Positions 11,885-24,434 of a DNA stretch of 64,000 nucleotides are shown here, piece by piece. Made by a program: the position numbers and the translations under genes. Source of the DNA: Octopus vulgaris. Its lineage: Eukaryota. Within the stretch, counting starts at the first letter, position 1; the number at the start of each line of letters is the position of its first letter. Under the pieces are notes generated by a model, which saw nothing but the letters and a program-made list of their open reading frames with translations, did not search any database and had not been told where the DNA came from. The stretch lies in NCBI GenBank assembly GCA_951406725.2, contig OX597830.1, positions 45,880,001 through 45,944,000 of the forward strand, read 5' to 3'.

Positions 11885-12480
11885 AAACTGTTGAAGCAGG
11901 TATCAAAATCAGACAAGTACAATTATGGACAGCCTGTTACAAACTAAAGAAGGTCTAGAACTCCAAATTGCCCATCATCATCATCATCACCATCACCACC
12001 ACCACCATCATCTTCATTGTTTAACGTCCGTTTTCCATGCTGGCATGGGTTAGATTGTTTGACTGGGGACTGGCAAATCAAAATCAAGCTGCTCATTGCA
12101 ACTGTCGAATCATCAGTGCTGTTATATGGCAGTGAAATATGGATAGTGACAAAGAAATTATCAAATGAATTTGATGGCTGCTACAGAGGGATGCTATGAA
12201 TGGCCCTAAATGTAAAATGGATGCAACATACGACAAGCGAATGCCTTTATGGAGACTTGCTGAAAGTTAGCGAGAAGCTCAAGCAAAAACCAGCTGCAAC
12301 TATCTGGTCAGTGCACGTGCTACTCTGAGCTGGAAGCATCCAAATTAGTCTTGTGGAACCCACTTCATGGTAATGCAAGAAGAGGAAAATGTCACATTTA
12401 CATCAACAACTTGGTTGTAGACACTGGCTTGAAATGTATCCAGAGCCTTGAGGCAAAGATGATGGACCAAGAAGTATGGT
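11885..12480 (+). mobile_element. RTE-type LINE fragment interrupted by a (CAT)n-tailed short repeat at about 11973-12072
   Basis: KIKLLIATVESSVLLYGSEIW..DGCYRGML carries the RTE 'LLYG.E.W' motif. Confidence 0.7.
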
Positions 12481-12928
12481 GAGTAGATTTTGTTGCTGCA
12501 GCCTGGGCTGGAATCCAGCTATAATAAAGAAATTTCGAAGAGCAGAACATTCATATCATCAAAATTTTGGCTTTTTATGGAAAAGAAGAATTTTTCTGGC
12601 ATTGAATGGTGGTATTGTCAAAGAAAATGGATCCAGTGGATCCTCTTCCAGCATTCATGTCACTTTATGGATGGCATCAGTTCACATCAAGTTGAGGCCT
12701 TGGATTTATTTTCAATTGCTTTTACACTCATTGAAGCTTTAATTTAAATTTTCTCAGAGATAAACACAAGGAGTGAATAGCTCTGAGATATTTTAAATGA
12801 ATGTCTTTTCAGGAATGTTAGTGACTTATAAAACCTCATATAGATATCAATTCTAGGGTCATACATATGGTCTGTACTGCTACCCCAACTCTACAAACAT
12901 ACATGTTTGAAGAAAAGAAGCTCTAAAC

Positions 12929-13158
12929 CAGTGATTCCCAATGTGGAGCATACACCCCACCAGTGGGGCCTGGGGAAAATTGTAGTGGGGCATGAAATCC
13001 AAATTTATTATTTTTTTTAGTGGGACATGGAATTGTGGCAATCTTTTTTCACAGCAAACATTCTACACAGATACTTTTTTTTTCAACCACCAATGGGGCA
13101 TACATTTTTCTGGAAAGTTATATTGGCGCTTGGGGGGAAAATAGGTTAGGAAATACTG
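12929..13158. mobile_element. hAT MITE
   Basis: Ends CAGTGATTCCCAA / TTAGGAAATACTG with flanks CTCTAAAC / CTCTAACT. Confidence 0.7.
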
Positions 13159-14091
13159 CTCTAACTGTTTGCATTACTCCCAAAACTGTAACCATCTCCA
13201 TGCAGTTTGATACAGAATCTTCTCCATGTAATTTAAGACAGTTACATTGAGAATAAATTCCCGTTGGATTGACAGATGCTTGAATGCCTTTATAATGAGT
13301 CTTGTGAATTCATCCGCTGTGTTTTTGCAATAGTCAATAATGGTTAGAAATCATTCTTGGACTGCAAATTCAGAAATCATCTTTGACCAAGTGATAAACA
13401 GTGTCTATACCACATAGATACGATCTTGTGTTGCATCAGTCATCATTGAATAATATTTGTGGTTCTTGGTTTCATCCTAAATGTGATTCTGAACATAAAT
13501 CTATAAACTTACTAACAAACTCAATTTGCCATGGCTCTGGCTTATCAACTTTCACCTTTCTCTTTAATGTTTGCCATATATTCAACTGGAACTTGATCAT
13601 AGAGTGCCAGAAGCTCTATAATCTCCAAGAAGTTCCCTTTAAGAATATGATCACTGGAAATAATTCAGTGGAACAAGCCACGGAAAATAAGTCTTCTTTT
13701 CTCAAGAAAAATTGTTACATAATTATCTCCATAAGCTTATTTATTATTTCTTAGCCTCATTCATATCAGCACATCAATCACAATATCACTTTCTACCCTT
13801 CTCTGCCATTCTGGAGAACTCTTTTGGGTGTTGTACAGTTTTTATGTCCAGCTAAGTTGTCAAAGAGGTTTCTCTATTTCTCTTCTGTACTTCAGGCTTC
13901 ATTTGATGCCACAATCTGATATGGCTTTTGCTGTTGAGCTCAATGTATGAGAGAAAAGCCTACAAGGTAGACGTTGAAAGAATTATTTTTTTCAGACTGT
14001 ATTCAAAACATTGTCATTTTTTGCTTCTCTTGCTTTTATTATTTGATGCTTTTCGTTTGGAAACTGACATTGGAAATTTTTGTCAGGTAGA

Positions 14092-14365
14092 CATCATCAT
14101 CATCATTTAACGTCCATTTTCCATGCTGGCATGGGTTGGACGGTTTGACTGAGGGCTGGCAAGCCAGAAGGCTGCACCAAGTTCCAACCTGATCTTGCAA
14201 TGTTTCTACAGCTGGATGCTCTTTCTAATTCCAACCACTCCAAGAGTGTAGGGGGTGCTTTTTATGTGCCACTGGCATGGGAGCCAGTCAGGCAGCACTA
14301 GCATCGGCCACATTTGGATGGTACTTTTTATGTGCTAGTGGCACAGGAGCCAGTTGGGGCGGGGA
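14092..14365 (-). mobile_element. (GAT)n-tailed short retroelement, family C
   Basis: (CAT)n TTAACGTCCATTTTCCATGCTGGCATGGGTTGGACGGTTTGACT. Other copies near 16460-16658, 17420-17610, 26482-26660, 31403-31500, 34327-34550 and 42120-42170. Confidence 0.8.
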
Positions 14366-15320
14366 TTAGAAAAATCTCTAGAGTGTGACCAATGCACTTT
14401 CAGCTTCGTCTTCTTTGGTTGGAATATCTGATGGGAAGGTTCAATATCAACCCATATGTTTTAGACTTGTTTTCTGTTGAGTGTTGACTTTTGTAGTCTT
14501 CTTGAGCTGTTTCTGTCACTGCCGCTGGGCTTTCTGGCCAATCTGGTATTTCACATCAATCTTTCTATTCCAAATCTACCACCATGCTCATAGTACTGCT
14601 CTCAACTAAGCCTGCTGAAGTAGGCCCATGTACTGAATTTCTATGTTGTTTATCGTGCTGGAAGATTGCAAATAACATCCAACAACACCTGATTGTTTCT
14701 GCACCCCCTCTATCTCTCTTGCCAAACCTCCGGATCAAACCTTTTGTGTGTGTGTGTGCGGGGGGTGGGGTGGTACTGGTGGTAAGATGGCATGATGGAA
14801 ATTCTAAAAGCAATGAAAAAAATTTCATGTCTAAAATCAAAAGCAACTCAACTCTGCCTCCTGTCTCTGGAGGCTTTCGGTCGATTGATCAAAATCTTTG
14901 TTTCTGAACTTTTTAATTCCTGTTCACAATCCCTGATTACCTATGAAGATGCTTGTGTTGGAATATAAATATTGGTACTTAAGATAGCAAGCTGACAGAA
15001 TCTTTAGCAAGCCTGGCAAAATGCTTAAAAGCATTTCAGCTGCCTTTATATTCTGAGTTCAAATTCCAACAAGGTTCACTTTACTCTTCATCCTTTTGGG
15101 GTCAATAAAATAACTACCAGTTGAGTTCTGGGGTTGCTGAAATCAACTATGTCCCTCCCACCAAAATCTCAGGCCTTTATATGCACAAATCTTTTACTAC
15201 TACACTTGTAAAGCATTAATTAATGAAGTCAAACACAGACACAAAGACACACACACCCCACATATATACATATATCCATATGTATATACATGTATATATA
15301 TACATATATATATATATATA

Positions 15321-15632
15321 TCACTGTGATCACCGTGACCGACCAGGCTATCAGATGTTGCTACACATTGCTGGTCACAATGTGCTTCGCATTGTTTTAG
15401 CCTTCAAATGACGCCACCCCGCTGGCTAAGCAAGCAGGCCAACAGAAGAAAGATTGAGAGAAAGTTGTGGTGAAAAAGTACAGCAGTGATCGCCACCACC
15501 CCCTGCCAGAGCCTTGTGGAGCTTTAGGTGTTTTTGCTCAATAGGCACTTGCAACGTCTGGTCTGGGAATCGAAACCGCGATCCTACGACCGCGAATCTG
15601 CTGCCCTAGCCACTGGGCCATTGCGCCTCCAC
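15321..15632 (-). mobile_element. tRNA-derived SINE, family D
   Basis: Head GGAGGCGCAATGGCCCAGTGGCTAGGGCAGC...GGTTTCGATTCCC with A/B boxes. Shares its head with 17826-18330. Confidence 0.8.
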
Positions 15633-15633
15633 G

Positions 15634-15709
<76 letters not shown>

Positions 15710-15716
15710 TATATAC

Positions 15717-15759
<43 letters not shown>

Positions 15760-15949
15760 ATTTTAATAATAATATAGGGTAAAATAAATTAATTAACCAA
15801 TTAATTAATAATTAATAAATTTACCAAGTAGACAGTACATTGAAAAAAACCTTTTTAGGTGAATTATACAAAATATTCTATAATTATATACTTATAATTA
15901 TAGAATACTTTGTATATCTCTCTCTCTATATATATATATTTTTTTTTTT

Positions 15950-16165
15950 CTCTTTTTTTTTTCTCTCCTTCTTTCTGTGTTTTTTTCTCTGTGTATCTTT
16001 CTGTTGAAGAGCGTAGGCTCGAAACGTTAAAGACTTGTTTTATTTATATTTCCTGAGCGCCATACTAATACAATTGTTTGTTTGTATTCCACCTGCCTTC
16101 GTCTTTTGTTTATTTCCGTAAACCTGCCTTCGTCTTTTGTCTATTTTCATAAAGTTTCCTGTTAT
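15950..16165 (+). mobile_element. Solo 3' terminal fragment of the Penelope-like element at 58451-60419, with a hammerhead-like motif at 15996-16033
   Basis: Near-identical reverse complement of 58451-58630, flanked by (TA)n. Confidence 0.8.
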
Positions 16166-17825
16166 ATATATATATATATATTATATATATGATGGGCTTC
16201 TTTCAGTTTCTGTCTACCAAATCCACTCACAAGGCTTCGGTTGACCTGAGGCTATGGCAGAAGACACTTGCCCCAAGTGCCAAGCAGTGGGACTGAACCC
16301 AGAACCATGTGGTTGGGAAGCAAACTTCTTACCGCACACCCATGCCTGTAATTTAAAATTTTCCATTTTGTCCTAATGTAATTAACATCTATTAATTAAT
16401 AATGATCTGGAAGTGTCACAAATCAGTCCAGGATACAAATGAGTAATTTACCAAATTCAGTGCTGGTGCCACGTAAAAAGCACTCAGTCTACTCTGCTGA
16501 GTGATTGGTGTTAGGAAGGGCATCAAGCTGTAAAAATCCTGCCAAAATCGTCACAGAAGTCTGGTGCAGGCTTCAGCCTGGCCAGCTCTTGTGGTACCAT
16601 CCCACCCATGCTAGCATGGAAAACAGACGTTAATGATGATGATGATGATGATGATGAGTAAAGTTAAGGACAAAGTTGTGTTGTTGAGGCATTCAATTTA
16701 AATTTAATTCAATAGCAATTCTTAGTATTGAAACTCTAAAATATTGTTTAGTGATAACAATAAGAGACGACATTATTTTGTGAAAGACAAGTTATTCTCT
16801 CGATATGAACTTTAACCTTGGTGCATAGCTTATTATGGATATTGTACTCGGGACTAAGCAGCTAAGCGTAAGCCACTAGGATAATTGGAGTAGTTTAAAC
16901 CTTGGCTTATAAGTTCTGTAAGCTGTTTGCAGCATTAAAAGAAAGCTACATTGCTACAAAGGAAATAATAATAATAAAAAAAGCTTTATCTTTTACTTGT
17001 TTCATTCATTAGTCTGTGGCCATGCTGGGACACCACCTTGAAGAATTTTGATTAAACAAATCGATCCCAGGACTTGTTGTTGTTTCTAAGCCTAGCACTT
17101 GTTCTTTCAGTCTGCTAAGTTACGGAGATGTAAACAAACCAACACTGGTTATCAAACTGAGGTGGAGGACAAACACAGACACAAAAGCACATGGCAGGTT
17201 TCTTTCAGTTTTTGTTTATCAAAACTCCTCATGGTTGGCCTGAAGCTAGAGTAGAAGACACTTGCCCAAGGCACCACATAGTGGGCTTGAACCCAGAACC
17301 AAGTGAAACAATCTTCCTACCACACAGCCATGCTTGTGCTTATATATGTAATCAATGATTAAATAATTACTTGCTTTTGTATTGAACACAGAATTGTAGT
17401 TGATGTTAGTCTAAAGTCATCCTCATCATCATCAGCATTTAACATCTGCTTTCCAGACTGGGCTGGGTTGGATGGTTTGATAAGGAACCAGTGAGCTGCA
17501 GGGCTGCATCAGGCATCAACGCCATCTTTGGCATGGTTTCTATGACTTGGTGTCCTTCTTAATGTCAACCAGTCTACAATGTGTAATGGATGCTTTTTAT
17601 GTGGTGCCTCTGTTAATAATTCTTGATGCTTCAAATGCTGCCGTTTTATGGGACGACAGCCACAGAATTGCAGGCTTCCACAAGTTCTTTAAGAACTTCA
17701 TGTTTCAGCAACATTATTGTAATATAACCAATAGCAGAATTATTTATATTTCAACAGTTTCTATGAAAAGAAATTGAAGCTTTATTGCTGCATGTTGATA
17801 ATTCAGTCTGTATAAGTGGCATCGT

Positions 17826-18330
17826 GGAGGCACAATGGCCCATTGGTTAGGGCAGCAGACTCGTGGTCGCAGGATTGCAGTTTCGATTCCAATACCGGGC
17901 ATTGTGAGTGTTTATTGAGCAAAAATACCTAAGGCTCCACAAGGCTCCGGCAGGGGGTGGCGGTGAACCCTGCTGTACTCTATCGCCATAACTTTCTCTC
18001 ACTCTTTCTTCCTGTTTCTGTTGTACCTGTATTTCAAAGGGCCAGCCTTGTCACACTCTGTGTCATGCTGACTCTCCCCGAGAACTACGTTAAGGGTAGA
18101 CGTGTCTGTGAAATGCTCGGCCACTTGCACATTAATAAATGAGCTGCAACGTCACTGGTGCCAAGCTGTATTGGCCTTTGCCTTTCCCTTGGATAACATT
18201 GGTGGCATGGAGAAGGGGGGCTGGTATGCATGGGTGACTGCTGATCTTCCATAAAACAACCTTGCCCTGACTTGTGCTTCGGAGGGTAACTTTCTAGGTG
18301 CAATCCCATGGTCATTCATGACCAAAGGGG
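17826..18330 (+). mobile_element. tRNA-derived SINE, family D (long form)
   Basis: GGAGGCACAATGGCCCATTGGTTAGGGCAGC...AGTTTCGATTCC head, body homologous to 15400-15632. Confidence 0.75.
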
Positions 18331-19339
18331 GTTACAACACAATAAGTGGCATCCCTGAATAGTTTGAGGTAAAGGATTGATAGAGTTAGAGTTAGGGTTG
18401 TAGAATCTCTCTTCAGCAATGGAAAACAGAAATACAGCACCAATTCTTCAGATGAGGTTGATCAAGAAATGGGAATTGTGAGCAGATATTTCTTCATATC
18501 TAAGACCTTGCAACTGGCAAGTTTATGAAGGGAAATGTAAATTATGTATCATTATGTATGTATGTATGTTTATGTCAGGTCACTTTCGAGTGCTACTGGT
18601 AACATGTAAACCAGTACAACCTGTTGCATGGTCGGGTCGTCGGCGACTAAACCGGCAACCCCACCTAGCTTGCTTGGTGAGGAGGGTGTTTATTGGACAC
18701 CCTGCGGGATGAAAAACAAAACCCTCAAAGAGTGGAGGAACTCTTGAGAGTCAACAGCCATCCAATAAATGTCTTAAGGATGTATCATGCGCGGGGACAT
18801 AGAAATAATCGAACTGAATACCCAATCACGTGGTTAAACCATTGGGAGTGAAGGACTCCCAGCCTTTGTTAGGGCATCCTTCTAGGAGAAGATAACTCAG
18901 GTAACTGGGATAACTCCGACATAAAACCTGCGGCTCAGTGGTTACCAATGATGTTGACTTATTCTTCTTTCCGGATTATGGCTGCTGTTGCTTAGTGAGT
19001 GGGATTGACTCAGTGCACAGCCTTTCCTCACTTAAAAAAAAAATCTTCTTGTAAAAGCATTGCACGATAACAACATTGATTAAGCTTCGTGCAATGGCCA
19101 TACTCGATAATGAGGGGGCAGCCACCATGTATGTATGTATGTATGTATGTATGTATGTATGTATGTATGTATGTATGTATGTATGTATGTATGTGTGTAT
19201 GTGTGTAGTGTGTGTGTGTGTGAGTATGTATGTATGTATGTATGTTTGCATGTATGTGTGTATGCATGCATGTTTATATATAATATATAAATGTATATGA
19301 ATATGTGTTTATATATGTATGTATATAATAATAATAATA

Positions 19340-19377
<38 letters not shown>

Positions 19378-19709
19378 ATTATTGCGTATAGCGCTCAGGT
19401 GCACTACAACTCATCAAAGGTGCATGTACAGTCCACAGAATTATGTATAAAAGTCAGGAAACTGAAAACAGTGTAATGAGTCGTGATGTACAAGTGTGCA
19501 TGCGTGTATAAATACATTTTACATGTTTCGATCATCTGATTACGACCATGCTGAGGTAGCACACTTGGAATGGTTTTAGTTGAACAAGTCAACCCCAAGA
19601 CTTATTTCTTAAAGCCTGATACTTATTCTATCAGTCTCTTTTGCTGATCCACTAAGTTATGGGGATGTAGACACACTGGTTGTCAAGCAGTGGTGGAAGA
19701 CAAACATGG

Positions 19710-19742
<33 letters not shown>

Positions 19743-19745
19743 CAT

Positions 19746-19784
<39 letters not shown>

Positions 19785-19785
<1 letters not shown>

Positions 19786-20860
19786 ATATGTTACAATAAT
19801 ACAATAGTCAAGATAAAACTCTGACTTTCGGATGCCGAAGTGGAAATCCACAACACCATCTCTTCGGTTATCTGGCCATCTGAAAAACGCTATGAAAAAA
19901 TACCGTTATATAAAGGGAAATTACTGTGTTATAATTCCGCTACTTACATAAATTAAGATTAAAAGTTCATAGTAAACACGTAAACATGGCTACTCATACG
20001 CTCACATGTGCGCTCGCGGACCCACGTGCGTACTTATACGTCACTATGAAAACGTACGCATCTTCACTCACATTTTTCGCCAAATGTATACGCATATATA
20101 CACAAACTCATACACACACAAACATACCATAAAAGTTCATACATACGTCTATATACGCACAAGCACAAGAAAAAACATGGTTAAAGGTAACAATACAGAA
20201 AAAAACATAAGGAAGTATTCAAAGCGTAAAAACCACGTTCATATACAGACATGCCCTTATGCACTCATACACACACACGCCCATATATGTACATACCCGC
20301 ACATGTTTATATACGCATACACAAAAAAAAAGAAATATACATATGCCCCCCAAAAAACCTAAAAAAATGTAGAAATACTAAGTAAAAACGTCTATATATA
20401 TATGTATTCTTATGCCCACACACACGCACACATCAAAAAAACTGCCCACACATACATATTCACACACGTGTACAAATGAATCTATATACACGTCTATATA
20501 GGCACAGGAAAAAAAACAGGATGGAAGAGTACAGAAAAAATTATTATGTGTGAAAATATAAAAATATATGAAATAATAAAAGGTATAATGAGATAAAAAA
20601 CATTTTGGGACATAATATAGAAAGCAAGTTCTATCTGTTTTCTTGAGGGGACCAAAAACGTAACAAAAATTTTATCACATATGGGCATGACCCGAAAAGT
20701 TCTGTCCTTGAGTTTAGACATGTAGTAGGGTCTAAGCTGCTTTTCCAGATAAGCCATCTCTCCATGTCGAATAGACCGCACTTTCCGCTGCTGTTGGTGT
20801 AGGGCTTACATTTGGCCAAAATCTTCCAATGGATGTTATAATTGACACCTTTATCTGTAA
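19785..20860 (-). mobile_element. Penelope-like element 3' relic (GIY-YIG C-terminus, low-complexity 3' region, degenerate hammerhead at 19812-19872)
   Basis: NYNIHWKILAKCKPYTNSSGKCGL..E.WLI...LNSRTELFGSCPY parallels the C-terminus of the 43064 ORF (W.I....P......C.LC..E...I......LNK.S....C.H). Confidence 0.7.
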
Positions 20861-21084
20861 TTTTTTTTGTGTCTGTATGCATGTGTGTGTATGCATATAC
20901 ACACACATCACTTGACAACCAATGGTGGTGTGTTTATGTTCCCGTAACTTAGCGGTTCAGCAAAAGAGCCCAATAGAATAAGTATTCGGCTTACAAAGAA
21001 TAAGTCCTGGGGTCAATTTGCTCAACTAAAGGTGGTGCTCCAGCATGGCTGCAGTCAAATGACTGAAACAAGTAAAAGAGTAAA

Positions 21085-21122
<38 letters not shown>

Positions 21123-22549
21123 GTGTGTGTGTATGTGTGTAATTGTTTTCCTTCTTTTATACCAATCCAACCATTCTCACATTCTACTGATTTTTGGCAA
21201 CTTCCAGAAAAGTTTCAGCAGAAAATTCTTATAAAGAAAAAAAAAGGAAGAAAGAAACCCAAATAAACCCTGTGTCAATGACAACTGGAAAGGAAAAAAT
21301 ATCTGGAAAAATTTTCTGATGCTGTCTTTAATATCTCTTTTTTTTTTTTTTTTATTAAGCTAATAAATTTATTTTTGTTTTTAGGTTAACGAGAAAAGTT
21401 AATAAACAAAAAGTTATAACAAAGACAAAAAAGAAAAAGGAAAAGGAAAAGCTTGTCTGAAATTGCCTGGGTGACTTTATAGTTTTAGAGGAAGTATATC
21501 GTCATAAGTGGAGTGTTAATTAGATCTGGGAACAGGAAGTCGTCAATTGAATGTCTCTGACACTGATCCCCTACTTTGAAGCAAGAGAAAAAAAGAAAAA
21601 AAAAGAAAGAAAAAAAGAAGTACTGTGGCCAAGTGTGTTAGAGGAAAATAAGTGAGTCTACCAAGAAACATCCTGTTTAATGCAACGACTTCACTGTAGT
21701 TCTGAGCTGATTCAGACATTACATTCGAAAACTTGTAGTCAAATGGTTTTAGTTTCTTTCTTGAAATTCAAATGTAAAAAGTCATAAAGAGTTATTAATG
21801 ACTTAATGTGATTACAAATGTTGTGGAATTTCTTGCTAGTTTATTATATATTTTAATTTAAAGAAATATTATCATTGCTTCATCTATTTTTAATAGCACT
21901 CATTGTATAATTTTTGCAATTATTTTATTAAATTTTCCAAACTCTTTAATTACCCATTATTCCCTTTGCTCTACTTTCTAATATATATATTTTGGTTCAA
22001 TTTTCCTTCCTTCTCTCACGTGCCCTGCCTCCATATATACATCTGTGTGTGTGTGTATGAAAGAGAACGACAGACAGACAGACAGAGTGCATGTAATAAT
22101 TGTCATTGAATAACTTCTTTTCAGGAAAATTATATAATACTCTGGAGAGTATAACAATTAAATATTTCCGGATAAGAAGGCATTATTTTTGTTGCTGTAA
22201 ATAAATTTGAAGTGAATAAATGAATCCAACAATTGGTGTTGATGAAACCCAAGGTTAAAACCAGGATCCTTTGTCTCTTAAGACCTGATGCTTTGTCTTG
22301 GTTTATAATAAAATTGTTTGAGAACAAGGCTTGAGATATTTTCTTGTATAAAATTTTATTAGCAGCCTTTTAAGTTTTAAATAATGCTATGGGTTGGATA
22401 GGTGTGCAACATATCTTGTCTGCTTTCATCTTGAATTTACATCATCTCATTTGTGACATCTTGGCTTTCTTAGCTCCAACATCACAACTTTCTCCATATC
22501 TTTTTCTTCCCATTCCACCCCCAAAAAATCAAATGTATTCCGTAGTGAA

Positions 22550-24434
22550 TGTGGAAGATTAGAAGACACCTACCTTTTTTCCGTTGGTGCAAACCTGTCG
22601 GGTGGTAATGTATCCTTCCATGTGGCCCGTCTCGAAACGTTAAAAATAGCAGCTGCTTTCCCTCACCTTGACAAAGCACTGACATGTCCTGCACTCACAG
22701 CTTCTCTGATCGAAAAAGGATGCAATCTGCTCCCACCTGTGTGCTCCCCAGCCGCTGACGCCATCCCCATCCCCCACCTAATCCACATCGAAGTCTACCA
22801 TCCAACTGGGTGGATGCCTTATGCATCGAGATCTCCTTGAGCTAAGCACCTTGTTCTCCTCCTCTCCACAATCGTCATTCAACAAAGTGACAATCCTGTG
22901 AAGGTCCAAAACATGATGCTGCATTCCATCCACAGAGACGTTGTTTCTGGGATTGACTGCTGTCACCGTTCCTGTGCTCCATTGAGATGCACAGAGCGCC
23001 TTTGGTGGCTTAACTCGAACTTCCTCCCCTATTTTCACGCAGGCAGGTTCCTTCTCTTCCTCATGGCACTCTAGCGCTTTACTGGGATGCCTCCATTCGT
23101 ATTTAAATACTGCTCTGTGTGGCACAGATTTTTCAGCTTGTCTGGATCAAGAACACATGTTATACCAGGAAACTGCTTCCAACAGTGAAATGTTCCCTCT
23201 TTCCACCATGGCCTTGATTGTCCGATGGTGCCTCTCTACAATTCTGTTACCACTTGGTCTATACGCTGCTCTGAACAAGTGACGCACTCTCCACCAGTCG
23301 AGCATATCCCTCAACGCTCTGAGTGAAATGCTGCCCCATTGTCCATTAGCAGTTCTTCCACAGGAGCCCTTTCTAAAAATATCTCATTCACAATCTGCAC
23401 AATTTCGTCAGCAATGCCTGTCCTCAACTCCCTCCAAATGGCTATCCAGCCCAGCCCACAGTCGACCATGGAGAGATACATTCCCTGACAGTAGTGCATC
23501 ACATCCCCAGCTAGTCTCTTCCAGTTGTGCTCTACCGAAAGGTTTCCTTGCTCATGCCCACATGGAGCAGGGTCAATAGACTGGCACCTGTCACAGCTCT
23601 CAATCACTTTCCAGATGCTTCTCCTAATGACGTCAGCATCAATCATTTTCACAAGATACAGGGTCCTATCCACCCACAAGTGATGCATAGTGTGCAGTCT
23701 CTTCAGTTCGGAGTCAGCCAACCGACACGCTGCAGCTATCCCTATCTTTGTCTCCTCCGGCTCCTCCAACCATGCCCTTTTCACTCTGGTCAGTGCATCT
23801 GCCCTGTTTCTCTCTGAAGGCACGAAAACCACATTCAGCTTCAGTCCGAACTCGGCAATCAGCTCTCCTGTCCATCTAATTGTTCCCAGCTTAACAAAGG
23901 CTGTATACTCACACTTGGTGTAAGCCTCTCTCAAATGTCACTCAATCTTCTCCTCACTCAGTTGTTCTTCTTCATCCATCTTGAGATATAGAGTCAATGC
24001 GCTCCCTTCCAAATATAGTACCTTAAGGCTTGCCATGTCGCTAATGCCTTGTAATCTCGTCACAAGCCTGATTTTACACATCCAGGCCATTACATCACCC
24101 TCACCATTAAAGGTCCTGATAACGTCGCTGGCAATCCTAATTTTAGCTGCCACCATGGCAACGTCTTATGTGGAGTTCCAAAATAGTTTGCAGTGAATTA
24201 GAAGTAAGACACCTACCTTCTCTTCATTGGCACAAACCTGTTGGGTGGTAACGTATCCTTCCATGTGGCCCATCCTGAAATACTAAAACTAGCAGCTGCT
24301 TTCCCTCATCTTGATGATGCATCGACACATCCTGCACTCATGGTTTCCCCAATCGGAAAAGGATGCAATCTTCCCCCACCTGCGTGCGCCCTTCCTCTTC
24401 CAGTCAGTTCCCCAGCTGCTGATGTCATCCCACA
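22550..24434 (-). mobile_element. Internally deleted Gypsy/Ty3-type LTR retrotransposon
   Basis: Direct repeats at about 22550-22769 and 24169-24434 (the latter TGTGG...CCACA). PPT TAGGTGGGGGA at 22770-22780. Gag N-terminus at 23938-24156. Integrase with H..H..C..C and WKRLAGDV..YLSMVDC..LLMDNG at 23311-23700. No RT recognisable. Confidence 0.88.

Noticed and set aside
13260-14000. Ancient LINE ORF relic on the minus strand
   Set aside because: The composition is suggestive but no motif can be read reliably without a search.
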